Shown here: one piece after another, positions 36,007-45,781 of the stretch
Numbering within the stretch: the first letter of the stretch is position 1
Layout of the letters: the number at the start of each line of letters is the position of its first letter
Assembly (NCBI GenBank): GCA_041682035.1
Contig: JBFKKR010000001.1
Span: 2,792 to 66,791 of the forward strand
Length of the DNA: 64,000 nt
Direction: 5' to 3'
Source of the DNA: Pseudomonadales bacterium
Lineage (GTDB): Bacteria; Pseudomonadota; Gammaproteobacteria; Pseudomonadales; JBFGWM01
Program-made: the position numbers and the translations under genes
Notes under the pieces: generated by a model
The model's database searches: none
What the model saw: only the letters and a program-made list of their open reading frames with translations
What the model was told of the DNA's origin: nothing

Positions 36007-36128
36007 ACCCGGCTCCCCGTCGCCATATGCTTGATAGACCTTGTCATTCTAGCGAATCCAGCGCTGGCCGCGAGCGGGCCGGCATCTATACTCGGGTGAC
36101 TGCCCGGAGCGGACCGACAGGAGAGCCC

Positions 36129-37943
36129 TTGAGCGAGCCTACTTCCGTGGCGCCGGGCGGTACCGCCTCCTACGTCCTCGACGAGGAGACCAACGAACTG
36201 GTGGCGACGCTACATTTTGCGGCCACAGCGCTGGAGGCCTCCGAGGAATGCCTGGACGCCCATCTCAGGGCGGCCGGATTCGGTGGGTTCTATCCCGACC
36301 GGAAGGGCCGCAAGGCGCTGGTCAAGGCGCTGCGCGAGATCAACAGGCAGGTACCCGGCCTGCTGCCGGAGCAGGCGGCTGGGGACGGGACGGTCACGCT
36401 CGACCTCTCCCAGCATTTCCCGGCCGAATCACTGCGCTTCGTCGTTGCCGAGCGGCGCGACGCCAGCATCGAGGTGTCCGTCAGCAAGAGCGAACTGGAG
36501 TGCACCCTGTCTGTCTCGAAAGCCTGGGGAGGGCAGCCGGCCACGCTGGAGCGGCTGCGCGAACAGCTCGTGGCGGCGGGTGTCTCCACCGGCATCGACG
36601 AGGCGGCGCTGAATGCAGCCCTCGACGGCGCCCCCGACCGTGCCTACGTGGTGGCGCGCGGGCGCGACCCGGTCGACGGGGAACCGGCCGCGTTCGAGGC
36701 GCTGGTCGAATCGGTCATCATGAAGGCGCCGACAGAGGACGCCCGGGGCAAGGTCGACCACCGCGACCGCGTCGGTTTCGTCACGGTGCACCCGGGCGAT
36801 GCACTGATGCGCCGCAAGCCACCCACACCGGGCAGGGACGGCTTCACCGTGCTCGGCAGCATCCTGCCCGCCAGGCCCGGCGAGGACACGCCGTTCGAGT
36901 ACAACGCCGACTCGGGCACGGCGCCGGACAGCAAGGATCCGAACCTGCTGGTCGCACGCTCAACCGGACACCCGGTCATCAGCGCAACCGGGGTAAGGAT
37001 CGACCCGACGCTGGAGGTGGACCGGGTCAACCTGCGCACCGGCAATATCAACTTCGAGGGCTCGCTGCTGGTGCGCGAGGAGATCGCCGACGGCTTCCGC
37101 GTCGAGGTGGGCGGCGATGTCTTCGTCGGCGATTCCGTCAGCAAGGTGCAGATCATCGCCGGCGGCAACGTGCAGATTCTGCATGGCTGCATCGGCGGCG
37201 ATCCGGACTCGGTCGGGAAAGACGAACAGGGCAACCAGATCTACCCGACGCGCATCGAGTGCAAGGGCTCCTTCACCGCCCGTTTCGTATCCCTGGCCGA
37301 GATCCGCGCCGGCGAGATGGTCATGGTCGAGGAATACATCCGGCACTGCCGCATCGTTGCGGACGAGGTGCTCTGCGGGTTGCCCGACGGCAAGGGCATC
37401 GTCCAGGGCGGCCACCTGAAAGCGCACAGCCAGATCGTCGCGCGCGTATTCGGCAACCCGGGTGGCGTCCCCACCCTGCTGGAGGTGGGGGACGATTCGC
37501 GCGGCATCCTGGAATCCCGGCGCAGCTGCCGGGCACAGGAACGGGCGCTGCGCGAGAAACTCAAAGAGGTGAACCGGGTCGGCGCCATGCTGCTGGCCAG
37601 GGCCAAGGCCACCGGGGCGACGCCGGAGCTGCGGGAGAAACTGCTCAGGGTCTCCGACACCAGGAAACACCTCGGGGCGGAGCTGGAGCGCATCGGCGAG
37701 ACCCTGCGCGAGCTGGCCGCGCAATTCGCCTGGGGCGAGGCCAGCATCACCGCCTACGACACCTTCCACCCCAACGTGCAACTGGTCATCGACGGGATCA
37801 CCGGCAAGATCCGCATCGAACGCAATAACTGTACCTACCGGCTGCGCGACGGCAAGTTCATGCGGCGCCGGGCCGAGGCCGAGGAGGACGGCACCGAACC
37901 GGAAGCGGAGATCGACGACATCGCCGAGGAAGCCGGCACCTGA
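36129..37943 (+). CDS. FapA (DUF342) family protein
   Basis: TTG start after AGGAGAG. The central region GNINFEGSLLVREEIADGFRVEVGGDVFVGDSVSKVQIIAGGNVQI is beta-helix repeat-like, and the C-terminus is coiled-coil. Confidence 0.78.
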   Translation: MSEPTSVAPGGTASYVLDEETNELVATLHFAATALEASEECLDAHLRAAGFGGFYPDRKGRKALVKALREINRQVPGLLPEQAAGDGTVTLDLSQHFPAESLRFVVAERRDASIEVSVSKSELECTLSVSKAWGGQPATLERLREQLVAAGVSTGIDEAALNAALDGAPDRAYVVARGRDPVDGEPAAFEALVESVIMKAPTEDARGKVDHRDRVGFVTVHPGDALMRRKPPTPGRDGFTVLGSILPARPGEDTPFEYNADSGTAPDSKDPNLLVARSTGHPVISATGVRIDPTLEVDRVNLRTGNINFEGSLLVREEIADGFRVEVGGDVFVGDSVSKVQIIAGGNVQILHGCIGGDPDSVGKDEQGNQIYPTRIECKGSFTARFVSLAEIRAGEMVMVEEYIRHCRIVADEVLCGLPDGKGIVQGGHLKAHSQIVARVFGNPGGVPTLLEVGDDSRGILESRRSCRAQERALREKLKEVNRVGAMLLARAKATGATPELREKLLRVSDTRKHLGAELERIGETLRELAAQFAWGEASITAYDTFHPNVQLVIDGITGKIRIERNNCTYRLRDGKFMRRRAEAEEDGTEPEAEIDDIAEEAGT

Positions 37944-37952
37944 GAGACGTCC

Positions 37953-39818
37953 TCAGGTTGCCGGCTGTTCACCCCCGCGCGCCTCCCCGTTCTGCGCGCG
38001 CTCCTCCTCGCGCTGCGCGCGCTCCTGCTCCAGGCGCGCGGCCGAGACCAGGCTGCCGATCTGCGACCCGGGCTTGGGACGCAGTTCGGCGCCCTCCGTG
38101 AAGAAGTGCAGTTGTCCGCCCGGCGTGATGTAGAACAGCGGGATGACCCCCTTGCTGTTGTGTTCCAGGTACTCCTTGTAGCCGAAGTCCTCGGTCAGGC
38201 GGGTCGTGCGGATCTTCGCGCCCTTGGAAATCATCGACGCCAGCTTGCTGTGCGTCACGTCCTTGGAACAGATCATCCGCCCGGCCACCGAACCCGGCAG
38301 CGCACGCCGCAGCGAGTCCTTCTTGTCCACGGTCGCGGAAAGGCGGTAAAGGTTATTCGGACCGAACTCGTGCTTGTAACGCACGCAGGCCAGCGCGTTG
38401 ATGGCGGGGTGCGGGCTCATGGCCAGCAGGCGGCCGATCCCCGACAGCTCCAGGTTGACCTCGGCGTGCTCCGATACGGCGGCCCCGAAATACGTCTCCA
38501 GGCCCGCCATGCGCGCGGCGCGCACGTTTTCCCAGCCGGTGTCGGCCAGCCGCACCAGGAAGCCGGCCTGCTGCAGCGCGGAGCCGATCTCGCGCGCCAC
38601 CGCGTTCGCCCCCACGATCAGGATCCCGGACGGAGCCGGCGCGGTCGCCTTCATTTTTTCCGCCAGCTTGCGCGCGGTGAGACTCTGCAGGGTCACCGTG
38701 CCGATGATCATCAGGAAGGTCAGCGGCACGATGATCTGCGCCTCCGGATAGCCGGCAACCTCCAGCCGCAACGCGAACAATGCAGAAACCGCCGCCGCGA
38801 TGATCCCGCGCGGCGCCACCCAGCCCAGCACCACGCGTTCGCCGATGCTGAGGCTGGAACGCCAGGTGCAGATGAGCACGGACAGTGGCCGCGCAATGCC
38901 CACCACCACCCCGAACAGGAGCAGCGCCGGCCAGCCGAGGTCGAGCAGCTGGGTGAGATCCATGCGCGCCGCCAGGACGATGAAGAGCACGGAGATCAGC
39001 AGGACGCTGATGCTCTCCTTGAAGAACAGCAGCTCGTCGATGTCCAGGCGGTCGTCGTTGGCGAGCATCATGCCCATGATCGTGACGGCGAGCAGCCCCG
39101 CCTCGTGGGCGAGCGCGTTGGACACCGCGAACACCGCCACCACCAGCACCAGGGTGAACACATGGTGCAGGTAATGCGGCAGCCAGTCCTTGCGCAACAG
39201 CGTGGAGATCAGCTGCGCGCCCAGGTAGCCAAGGACCGAACCGACGACGGCCACGCGCAACAGGCCGAACCACGGATTTTCCGACGACTGTCCCGAGACC
39301 AGGTAGTCGAAGACCAGCAGCGTGAGCATCGCACCCAGCGGGTCGAGGACGATGCCTTCCCATTGCAGTACCCGCGCGGTCTTCTCGCTCAGGCGCGCGC
39401 TGCGCAGCAGCGGCTTGATGACGGTCGGGCCGGTCACTGTCATCACCGCGCCGAACAGCCAGGACACGCCCCAGGACAGCCCCAGCAGCCAGTGCGTGGC
39501 GATCGCCAGCACGGCGGCGGTCACCAGTGCGCCGATGGTCACCAGGTTGCGCACCACCGGTCCGAGCGTTTTCACCTCACTGAATCGCAGCGTCAGGCTG
39601 CCCTCGAAGAGGATCACCGCGACGCCCATGGAGACCATGGGGAAGAGCAGATCACCGAACAGCGCGTCCGGATTCAGGACCCCGGTCAGGGGGCCGACCA
39701 GGATACCGAGCACCAGCAGCGGGAGGATGGCTGGCAGGTCGATACGCCAGGCCAGCCACTGGCACAGGATGCCGGCCAGCCCGATCATCGACAGCGTAAT
39801 CAGCACCGAGTGTTCCAA
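37953..39818 (-). CDS. CPA1-family Na+/H+ antiporter with C-terminal RCK/TrkA-N-like domain
   Basis: About 12 TM helices. GAVMTVTGPTV. Rossmann-like ILIVGANAVAREIGSALQQAG. Confidence 0.88.
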   Translation of the reverse strand: MEHSVLITLSMIGLAGILCQWLAWRIDLPAILPLLVLGILVGPLTGVLNPDALFGDLLFPMVSMGVAVILFEGSLTLRFSEVKTLGPVVRNLVTIGALVTAAVLAIATHWLLGLSWGVSWLFGAVMTVTGPTVIKPLLRSARLSEKTARVLQWEGIVLDPLGAMLTLLVFDYLVSGQSSENPWFGLLRVAVVGSVLGYLGAQLISTLLRKDWLPHYLHHVFTLVLVVAVFAVSNALAHEAGLLAVTIMGMMLANDDRLDIDELLFFKESISVLLISVLFIVLAARMDLTQLLDLGWPALLLFGVVVGIARPLSVLICTWRSSLSIGERVVLGWVAPRGIIAAAVSALFALRLEVAGYPEAQIIVPLTFLMIIGTVTLQSLTARKLAEKMKATAPAPSGILIVGANAVAREIGSALQQAGFLVRLADTGWENVRAARMAGLETYFGAAVSEHAEVNLELSGIGRLLAMSPHPAINALACVRYKHEFGPNNLYRLSATVDKKDSLRRALPGSVAGRMICSKDVTHSKLASMISKGAKIRTTRLTEDFGYKEYLEHNSKGVIPLFYITPGGQLHFFTEGAELRPKPGSQIGSLVSAARLEQERAQREEERAQNGEARGGEQPAT

Positions 39819-39884
39819 GACCGCTCCCCGGTAAAAAGGTTTCCTAACTGTAGACTGCGCACGCCGCGCGCGGCGGCGGCCGCG

Positions 39885-40658
39885 TCAGCGGCCCTGGAAA
39901 TCGCCCGGGCGCTGCTCCCGGAAAGCCCTGACGCCCTCGGCGTGGTCGGCGGTGCGGAACAGCCGCGCCTGCTCGGTGAACTCGTGCTCGGTGTGCGCGC
40001 GAACCGCCTCGACCAGGCCCCTCCGCAGCGTGGCGCGCGTGGACACCACCGCGAGCGGCGCGTTGGCGGCGATGTCCGCCGCCAGTTGCAGCGCCTCGCC
40101 GCGCAGATCCGGCTCCGGCGCGAGCCGGTCCGCGAGCCCGATCTGCACCGCTTCCGCGCCCTTGACCATGCAACCGGTCAGGAACATGCGCTGCGCCTGC
40201 TGCGGGCCGATCAGCCGCGGCAGCGTGTGCGTGAGGCCGAAACCCGGGTGGATGCCGAGGCGGACGAAATTGGCAATGAACTTTGAGCGCGCCGACACGA
40301 CGCGAAAGTCCGCCACCAGCGCCAGCCCCAGTCCACCGCCCACCGCGGCGCCCTGGACCGCCGCCACCAGCGGCTTCTGGCAGGCGAACAGGCGCAGGGC
40401 CTGTTCGTAGATGGCGTCCACCCGCAGGGCAAGGCTGTTGTCCCCGGACACCTCGCCATGCGTCCTGAAATCGGCACCGGCACAGAAGGAACGCCCCTCC
40501 GAGGCCAGCACGACGGCGCGACAGTCATCATTGCGATCGAGCGCCTCCAGTGCATCGGCGAGCTGTTCGATCAGGGCGCGGTCGAAGTGATTGTGCGGTG
40601 GACGGTGCATTTCCACCAGGGCCACGTGCCGCTCGAGCGAAACCGTGATTTCCTTCAT
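39885..40658 (-). CDS. Enoyl-CoA hydratase/isomerase family protein
   Basis: RAVVLASEGRSFCAGADF...AAVQGAAVGGGLGLAL crotonase fold motifs. Confidence 0.9.
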   Translation of the reverse strand: MKEITVSLERHVALVEMHRPPHNHFDRALIEQLADALEALDRNDDCRAVVLASEGRSFCAGADFRTHGEVSGDNSLALRVDAIYEQALRLFACQKPLVAAVQGAAVGGGLGLALVADFRVVSARSKFIANFVRLGIHPGFGLTHTLPRLIGPQQAQRMFLTGCMVKGAEAVQIGLADRLAPEPDLRGEALQLAADIAANAPLAVVSTRATLRRGLVEAVRAHTEHEFTEQARLFRTADHAEGVRAFREQRPGDFQGR

Positions 40659-40765
40659 GGGATGGATCCCCTCGCTGGTATGGCTTGCAGCATAAGCCCG
40701 GTGGCAGCATCCGCGCGACCCGTCCGCAACCGGCGCATGGGCAATCGCCGGTCCCCGGTGGCAGA

Positions 40766-41761
40766 ATGGGCCTGGAACAACTTAACTGGAATCTGCGAAA
40801 GCAGCGGCCAGGCGAGAAGAAGCGGACGAACATGCCCCGCGCAGCCGGTACCAATCTCCAGTCGGATCTCGACAACCTCGCAAAAAGCAAGGCACTGCTG
40901 GCTTCCGCCATCGACATCGTCCGCTACCTGGAACGCATCCAGCGCAGCCTCGAGACGGTCGCCGTGCTCGGCGCGGACGCGCACAGGATTCCCGCCGATG
41001 CCAAGCGCTTCTTCCTGAAGCTCGGCAACAAGGTCACGCAACTCCCCGCACACAAGCTGCGCGCCTACCTGGCCAAGCTCGACGAGCTGATCCGCGCCGA
41101 TCTCGACCGGATCGTCGCCATCGCTGACGGCGCGGCCAGTCCCGACCTCCTCGATGACGCCAGTGCGTTGTTCGGACTGGACGAGGATGCGGTGAAGAAA
41201 CTCATCAACGAGTTCGAACGGCGCACCCGCACCTCGGTCTCGATGCGCGTGCTCATGATCCGCCGCGGTCTGCAGGTCGAGGTGCTGGTGATCCCGATCG
41301 CCGAGGAGATGCTGCAGCAGCGCATCGAGAAGCTCGACGAGCGGGAGAAGGAATGCACCGGCGTGGTGCAGAACGAGATCGTCGCCATGCGCGATGACAT
41401 CGACCTGATCCTGTCCAGTCACCAGTGCGGCGAGGCGCTCCAGCAGCAGTTGCAGGTCGTGCGCGAGGAACTGGAACAGAACCTGGAGCACCTGCGGGCC
41501 GGCAAGTCCATCGACGCACTGCCGTTCCCGTTCGAGGTGGCGGAGGCAACCGACGCCGGCGCAGGCACGTGGGCGAAGCCGGCGCCAGCGCCGGAACCCG
41601 AACCGGAGCCGGAGCCGGAACCTGCGCCTGCCGGGAACGTCGAACCCGCTCCGGCGGAGGATCTGCCCGCAAGAGGCTTCTTCGGCACGCTCTGGATCTA
41701 CTGCACCACCCCCAACCATGTCACCTGGCAAATGGCCCGCACCTACCGGAAAGGCAGCTAG
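40766..41761 (+). CDS. Hypothetical coiled-coil protein with (PE)n tract (start uncertain; 40832 is an alternative)
   Basis: Codon usage looks coding. Heptad-like EELEQNLEHLRAG, PAPAPEPEPEPEPEPAPAG, and a hydrophobic C-terminus GFFGTLWIYCTTP. Confidence 0.6.
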   Translation: MGLEQLNWNLRKQRPGEKKRTNMPRAAGTNLQSDLDNLAKSKALLASAIDIVRYLERIQRSLETVAVLGADAHRIPADAKRFFLKLGNKVTQLPAHKLRAYLAKLDELIRADLDRIVAIADGAASPDLLDDASALFGLDEDAVKKLINEFERRTRTSVSMRVLMIRRGLQVEVLVIPIAEEMLQQRIEKLDEREKECTGVVQNEIVAMRDDIDLILSSHQCGEALQQQLQVVREELEQNLEHLRAGKSIDALPFPFEVAEATDAGAGTWAKPAPAPEPEPEPEPEPAPAGNVEPAPAEDLPARGFFGTLWIYCTTPNHVTWQMARTYRKGS

Positions 41762-42240
41762 GACGGCTTGCCCCCGCCCGTGCCTTCGCCCTTTCCGTCG
41801 CCCTTGGCGACATTGCGCCGACCGCGATCGTCCAGGCGCGCCGGGTTGCCGACCACCTCCTGGATCAGCTTGCCGACCTCGCGGTTCAGCTTGCGCACCG
41901 CCTCGTAGGAACCCGCCGCGGAGGCATCATGCACCTCGCGCACCAGCGACGAGGTCGCCCGGGTCGCGGGGATGGCGTCGAGGATGCCGAATGTGAGACC
42001 GGCAATCGCCTTGTGCACGGTCTCCACGCCAATGCTGCCGGCGTCGATGGCCTTCTCGGCGACCTTCTGCTTCTCGATCAGCTCGGTCTTGCGCAGTTCC
42101 GCCTCGCGGACCTGCTCGATGAACGCGCGCACCTGCCGCAGGATGGCCACCAGGTTCTCGCGCTGGCACCGCTGCTGCGACAGGGTAGCCAGCAGCAGAC
42201 CGTTCACCGCCAGCAGGGTGAACAACAGGAACCAGGTCAT
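41758..42240 (-). CDS. Hypothetical N-terminally anchored membrane protein
   Basis: This is the 3' part of listed ORF 41758..43188. ATG at 42240. Product MTWFLLFTLLAVNGLLLATL, then a coiled-coil, then a Gly/Lys tail. It lies 2 nt downstream of the previous gene. Confidence 0.68.
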   Translation of the reverse strand: MTWFLLFTLLAVNGLLLATLSQQRCQRENLVAILRQVRAFIEQVREAELRKTELIEKQKVAEKAIDAGSIGVETVHKAIAGLTFGILDAIPATRATSSLVREVHDASAAGSYEAVRKLNREVGKLIQEVVGNPARLDDRGRRNVAKGDGKGEGTGGGKPS

Positions 42241-42242
42241 TG

Positions 42243-42593
42243 TCAGCGCACCCGGACCAGCACGTCGGCGTCGATTTCGCGCCGGGCCAGCATGACCAGC
42301 GACTCCTCGCGCACCTGGCGGTAGACCTCGCGCGTGACCAGGTTGGGGGCGATGCCGGTCACGGTCCAGGCCAGCTTGGATTCCTTCTCCGCCACCTCGA
42401 GCGGGTCGCGCAGGCGGATGACGCATTCCAGCGTCGGCGGACCGGTCTCGGCGGGCATCCCTTCCGTGGGCGCAAGTTGCGCCAGTTCGTGCTGGATCTC
42501 CTCGATCCACTGGCGGCTCCGGTAGACGTTGAAGAACGCCCATCCGCTCAGCAATGCGGCCAGTGCCGCCAGGATGACAATCATCGTGGTCAT
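42243..42593 (-). CDS. Hypothetical N-terminally anchored membrane protein
   Basis: MTTMIVILAALAALLSGWAFF TM helix, 116 aa, with codon usage that looks coding. Confidence 0.68.
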   Translation of the reverse strand: MTTMIVILAALAALLSGWAFFNVYRSRQWIEEIQHELAQLAPTEGMPAETGPPTLECVIRLRDPLEVAEKESKLAWTVTGIAPNLVTREVYRQVREESLVMLARREIDADVLVRVR

Positions 42594-42611
42594 GTATCGG
42601 TACCTTTTCGT

Positions 42612-43523
42612 TCAGTTTGTCCGCGCCGGCGACGCGGCTTCCAGGTGGGCGAGCAATTGCTGCAGCACGGCGTCGGGCCGCTCCAGGTGCAGCCAGTGCC
42701 CGCAGTCGGCCAGCGGCACGTGCCGGACACCACCGGGGAATCGTACCCGTTCGATACAGAACGGGAACACGCGTGCATCCAGGCAGCCGTCGCGCACGCC
42801 ATTGAGTATCAGCGTCGGCGCCTGCACCGGAACGCGGAACAGCTTCTCGGTGATCCAGTAGAACGGGTACAGCGCGCGGTAGTAACGGAGCGCCGCGGTC
42901 AGCACCGGTGGCTGGCGGAACCGCGCCCGCACCTCCTCGAGCAGGTCCGCCGGCGGCGCCAGGCCCGGCGACCAGCGCCGCCACAGCCACTCGACCAGGG
43001 CGAAGTTGTTGACCGCGAAACGGGATTCCGCGAACCCGGGCACGAGGGCGAGGAACTGGTACCAGAAGCGGGCCAGCTGCACCGGCACCTGCGGGATCGC
43101 CCAGGGCATGCCGCCGACCGGTGGAATGGCCAGCGTGGTGAGGGAGGCGATGCGATCGCCGAGGAGCCCGGCAGCGGCATAGCTGCAAACCGCGCCCCAG
43201 TCATGCCCGAGCAGGTGCAACGGGCCGCCGGCGAGCGGTTCCTGTTCCAGCCAGGCGGCGACATCCGCCGCCAGCGCACAGGCGCGGTAATCCGGGTAGG
43301 CGGGAATGGAAGACCGCTCGTAACCGCGCATCACCGGCGTCACCACCCGGTAACCGGCTTCCTGCAGTGCCGGCACCAGCGGGCGGAAGGTCCGCGGACC
43401 ATCGGGAAAGCCGTGCAGCGCCAGCACGACGCCGCGCGGCGCGCCCCGTGCCGGGTAGGCGCGGGCGCTGAAGCGAAGCGGCCCGTGGGTCAGCTGGCAC
43501 GGTTCCCCGGCGGCTTCACTCAT
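42612..43523 (-). CDS. Alpha/beta hydrolase (epoxide-hydrolase/dehalogenase-like, Asp nucleophile)
   Basis: VLALHGFPD...HLLGHDWGA...ADCGHW. Confidence 0.87.
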   Translation of the reverse strand: MSEAAGEPCQLTHGPLRFSARAYPARGAPRGVVLALHGFPDGPRTFRPLVPALQEAGYRVVTPVMRGYERSSIPAYPDYRACALAADVAAWLEQEPLAGGPLHLLGHDWGAVCSYAAAGLLGDRIASLTTLAIPPVGGMPWAIPQVPVQLARFWYQFLALVPGFAESRFAVNNFALVEWLWRRWSPGLAPPADLLEEVRARFRQPPVLTAALRYYRALYPFYWITEKLFRVPVQAPTLILNGVRDGCLDARVFPFCIERVRFPGGVRHVPLADCGHWLHLERPDAVLQQLLAHLEAASPARTN

Positions 43524-44022
43524 CCGCCAGCACGCCGCTGACCGCGGCCTCCAGCCGTGTCATGCCCGCCGCGCGCCCGGTCTCCAACGCTGCTTCGGGC
43601 GTCGCGCCGTGCAGCCAGTGCGCGCGCAGCGCGAACAACGCGCCGACGCGGTTCCCCGAGGCACAGTGCACCAGCACCGGCTGGCCGGCGTGCCGCTGCA
43701 GCAGCCGGTCCAGGCGCTCTGCGTTCTCGCGCGTCAGGCCACCGCCGCCGGCAACCGGCACCTGGTAGTAGGCAACGTCTGCGCCACGCAGCAACGAAGC
43801 CTCATCGAAGCCGGCGTCCTCGTCTGCTGTACGCAGGTTGATCACCGCGGCCAGGCCGTTCTCCGCCAGCCTCTGCAACTGCTCCGCCCCGGGCTGTCCG
43901 GAAGAGACCAGCGTTTCCGAAAGCGCCCGGCTGTTCGGCAGCGACTGCGCGGTTCCGGAAAAATCACCGGCGCCGGCAGACAGGGAAGTCAGCAGGAAAA
44001 GCAAACCGAGCACACGCATCAT
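43516..44022 (-). CDS. Periplasmic CX5R phosphatase-fold protein (DUF442-like)
   Basis: ATG-ATG at 44022. Signal peptide MMRVLGLLFLLTSLSAGA. VLVHCASGNRVG = C-x5-R. It overlaps the next gene by 8 nt. Confidence 0.78.
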   Translation of the reverse strand: MMRVLGLLFLLTSLSAGAGDFSGTAQSLPNSRALSETLVSSGQPGAEQLQRLAENGLAAVINLRTADEDAGFDEASLLRGADVAYYQVPVAGGGGLTRENAERLDRLLQRHAGQPVLVHCASGNRVGALFALRAHWLHGATPEAALETGRAAGMTRLEAAVSGVLADE

Positions 44023-44041
44023 GATGGAACCCCGGGGGAAA

Positions 44042-45748
44042 CTAGCGGAAGAATACGGTAACACCACCGATGACGGTGCGCTGCACCTGCAGATCCGGGA
44101 GGCCCGCCGGGTCGCCCAGCGGATCGCCGTCCAGCACCACCAGGTCGGCCCACTTGCCGGCCTCGATGCTGCCGCGATTGTCCTCCTGGAAAATCTGCCA
44201 GGCCGCGTCCCGCGTGATCGCGGCCAGTGCATCCATCGGCGCGATCCGTTCCCCGGCTCCGAGCACCTGCCCGCCCGAGGTCTCGCGCGTCACCGCGCTC
44301 CAGACCATGCGCATCGGCTGCATGGGCACGACCGGAGTGTCCAGGTGCAGCGAATAACGGAGGCCGGCGGCAGCGGCGGAGCGCATCGGGCTGATACGCG
44401 CCGCGCGGGCCGGGCCCAGGAAGATGTCGCGGTGACGATCGCCCCAGTAATAGACATGGGCGTTGAAGAAACTCGGCGTGATGCCGAGCGCCCGCAGGCG
44501 TGACAGCTGGTCACGGCGCAGCATCTGGGCGTGGACCAGCACCAGGCGCGGATCGAACACCGGATTCACCGACTGGGCCGCGGCGAAGGCCTCGGCCACG
44601 AGATCGATGGCGGCATCGCCGTTGGCGTGGATGGCGAGCTGGCGGCCCGACCCGTGCACCGTGGCGACCCGCCGGAACAGCTCCTCGCGCGGGAGGGTCG
44701 GGTAACCCCGGTAGTCCGGTTTCGCCGGGTCCGGGGCGCGGTGGTAGGGCTGCGCCAGGAATCCGGTATAACCCTGGATGGAACCATCCGAGACCAGTTT
44801 CACCGCGCCGATCTCGAGCCGGTCCGACTCGTAATCGGACTCGTCGAGCTCGCCCGCGATGAACCGGCTGCCCAGTTCGAAGTCGGGCCACAGCACCAGC
44901 CGCAACGGCACCAGGCCGAGTTTCGACGCCGCCGACAATCCGCCCAGGTGCTGCCCCAGCGTCAGGCCGTTCTGCGCCGTGGTGACGCCCCGCCGCAGGT
45001 ACTCCTGCACCGCGTGACGGGTCAGTTCCAGTTGCTGCAGGGGCGAGAACCGCGTGGCGAGCGCGCGCGCCGGCTCGAACGCCGTCTCCAGCAGCAGGCC
45101 GTCCGGCTCGCCGGCCCCATCGCGGTGGATTTCGCCGCCCTCGGGATCGGGCGTGTCGCGGGTGATTCCCAGCAGCCGCAGACCGGCCGAGTTGACGACC
45201 CCCATGTGTGCCGAGATGTGCATGACCAGCACCGGCACGTCCCGGCTGACCGCGTCCAGTTCCGCCTTCGTGGGGTGGCGCCGTTCCGCCAGCGCGGTGT
45301 CATCGTAGCCGTACCCGATCAGCCAGCCACCGCTTCCCGCGTCGGCCAGCCGCGCCTGCAGGCGCCGCATGCCGTCGGCGATGGTGGTCACGTCGTGAAT
45401 CGGCGGGCTGTTGAGGTCGACACCGACGGCCGCCAGCCCGGAGCCGGGGAAATGACCGTGCGCATCGATGATGCCAGGCATCAGTGTCCGCCCGGCAAGG
45501 TCGTGGATGATGGTGCCCCCGTCGGCGAGCGCACGGATCTCCTCCGTGGTACCGACGGCGCGGATCCGTTTCCCCTGCACGAGCACGGCTTCCGCGATGC
45601 GGAGCGTCTCGTCCATGGTCAGAACGCGGCCATTGATGAAGGCCTGCGAAGCGGGTGGCGCAGGGTTGAGCGTTCGCCAGGCGAGCCCGGCGGCGCCGCC
45701 CAGCAGCACGACGGCCACCAGCAGGACCAGGAGGACCTTCTTCAGCAC
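44042..45748 (-). CDS. Membrane-anchored amidohydrolase (YtcJ-like, amidohydrolase_3)
   Basis: GTG start. TM segment LKKVLLVLLVAVVLLGG. GIIDAHGHFPG...LAIHANGD...HLDTPV. Confidence 0.87.
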   Translation of the reverse strand: MLKKVLLVLLVAVVLLGGAAGLAWRTLNPAPPASQAFINGRVLTMDETLRIAEAVLVQGKRIRAVGTTEEIRALADGGTIIHDLAGRTLMPGIIDAHGHFPGSGLAAVGVDLNSPPIHDVTTIADGMRRLQARLADAGSGGWLIGYGYDDTALAERRHPTKAELDAVSRDVPVLVMHISAHMGVVNSAGLRLLGITRDTPDPEGGEIHRDGAGEPDGLLLETAFEPARALATRFSPLQQLELTRHAVQEYLRRGVTTAQNGLTLGQHLGGLSAASKLGLVPLRLVLWPDFELGSRFIAGELDESDYESDRLEIGAVKLVSDGSIQGYTGFLAQPYHRAPDPAKPDYRGYPTLPREELFRRVATVHGSGRQLAIHANGDAAIDLVAEAFAAAQSVNPVFDPRLVLVHAQMLRRDQLSRLRALGITPSFFNAHVYYWGDRHRDIFLGPARAARISPMRSAAAAGLRYSLHLDTPVVPMQPMRMVWSAVTRETSGGQVLGAGERIAPMDALAAITRDAAWQIFQEDNRGSIEAGKWADLVVLDGDPLGDPAGLPDLQVQRTVIGGVTVFFR

Positions 45749-45781
45749 GCCGCGCCAGTCCTCAGTCCGCCGCGGCGGGGT

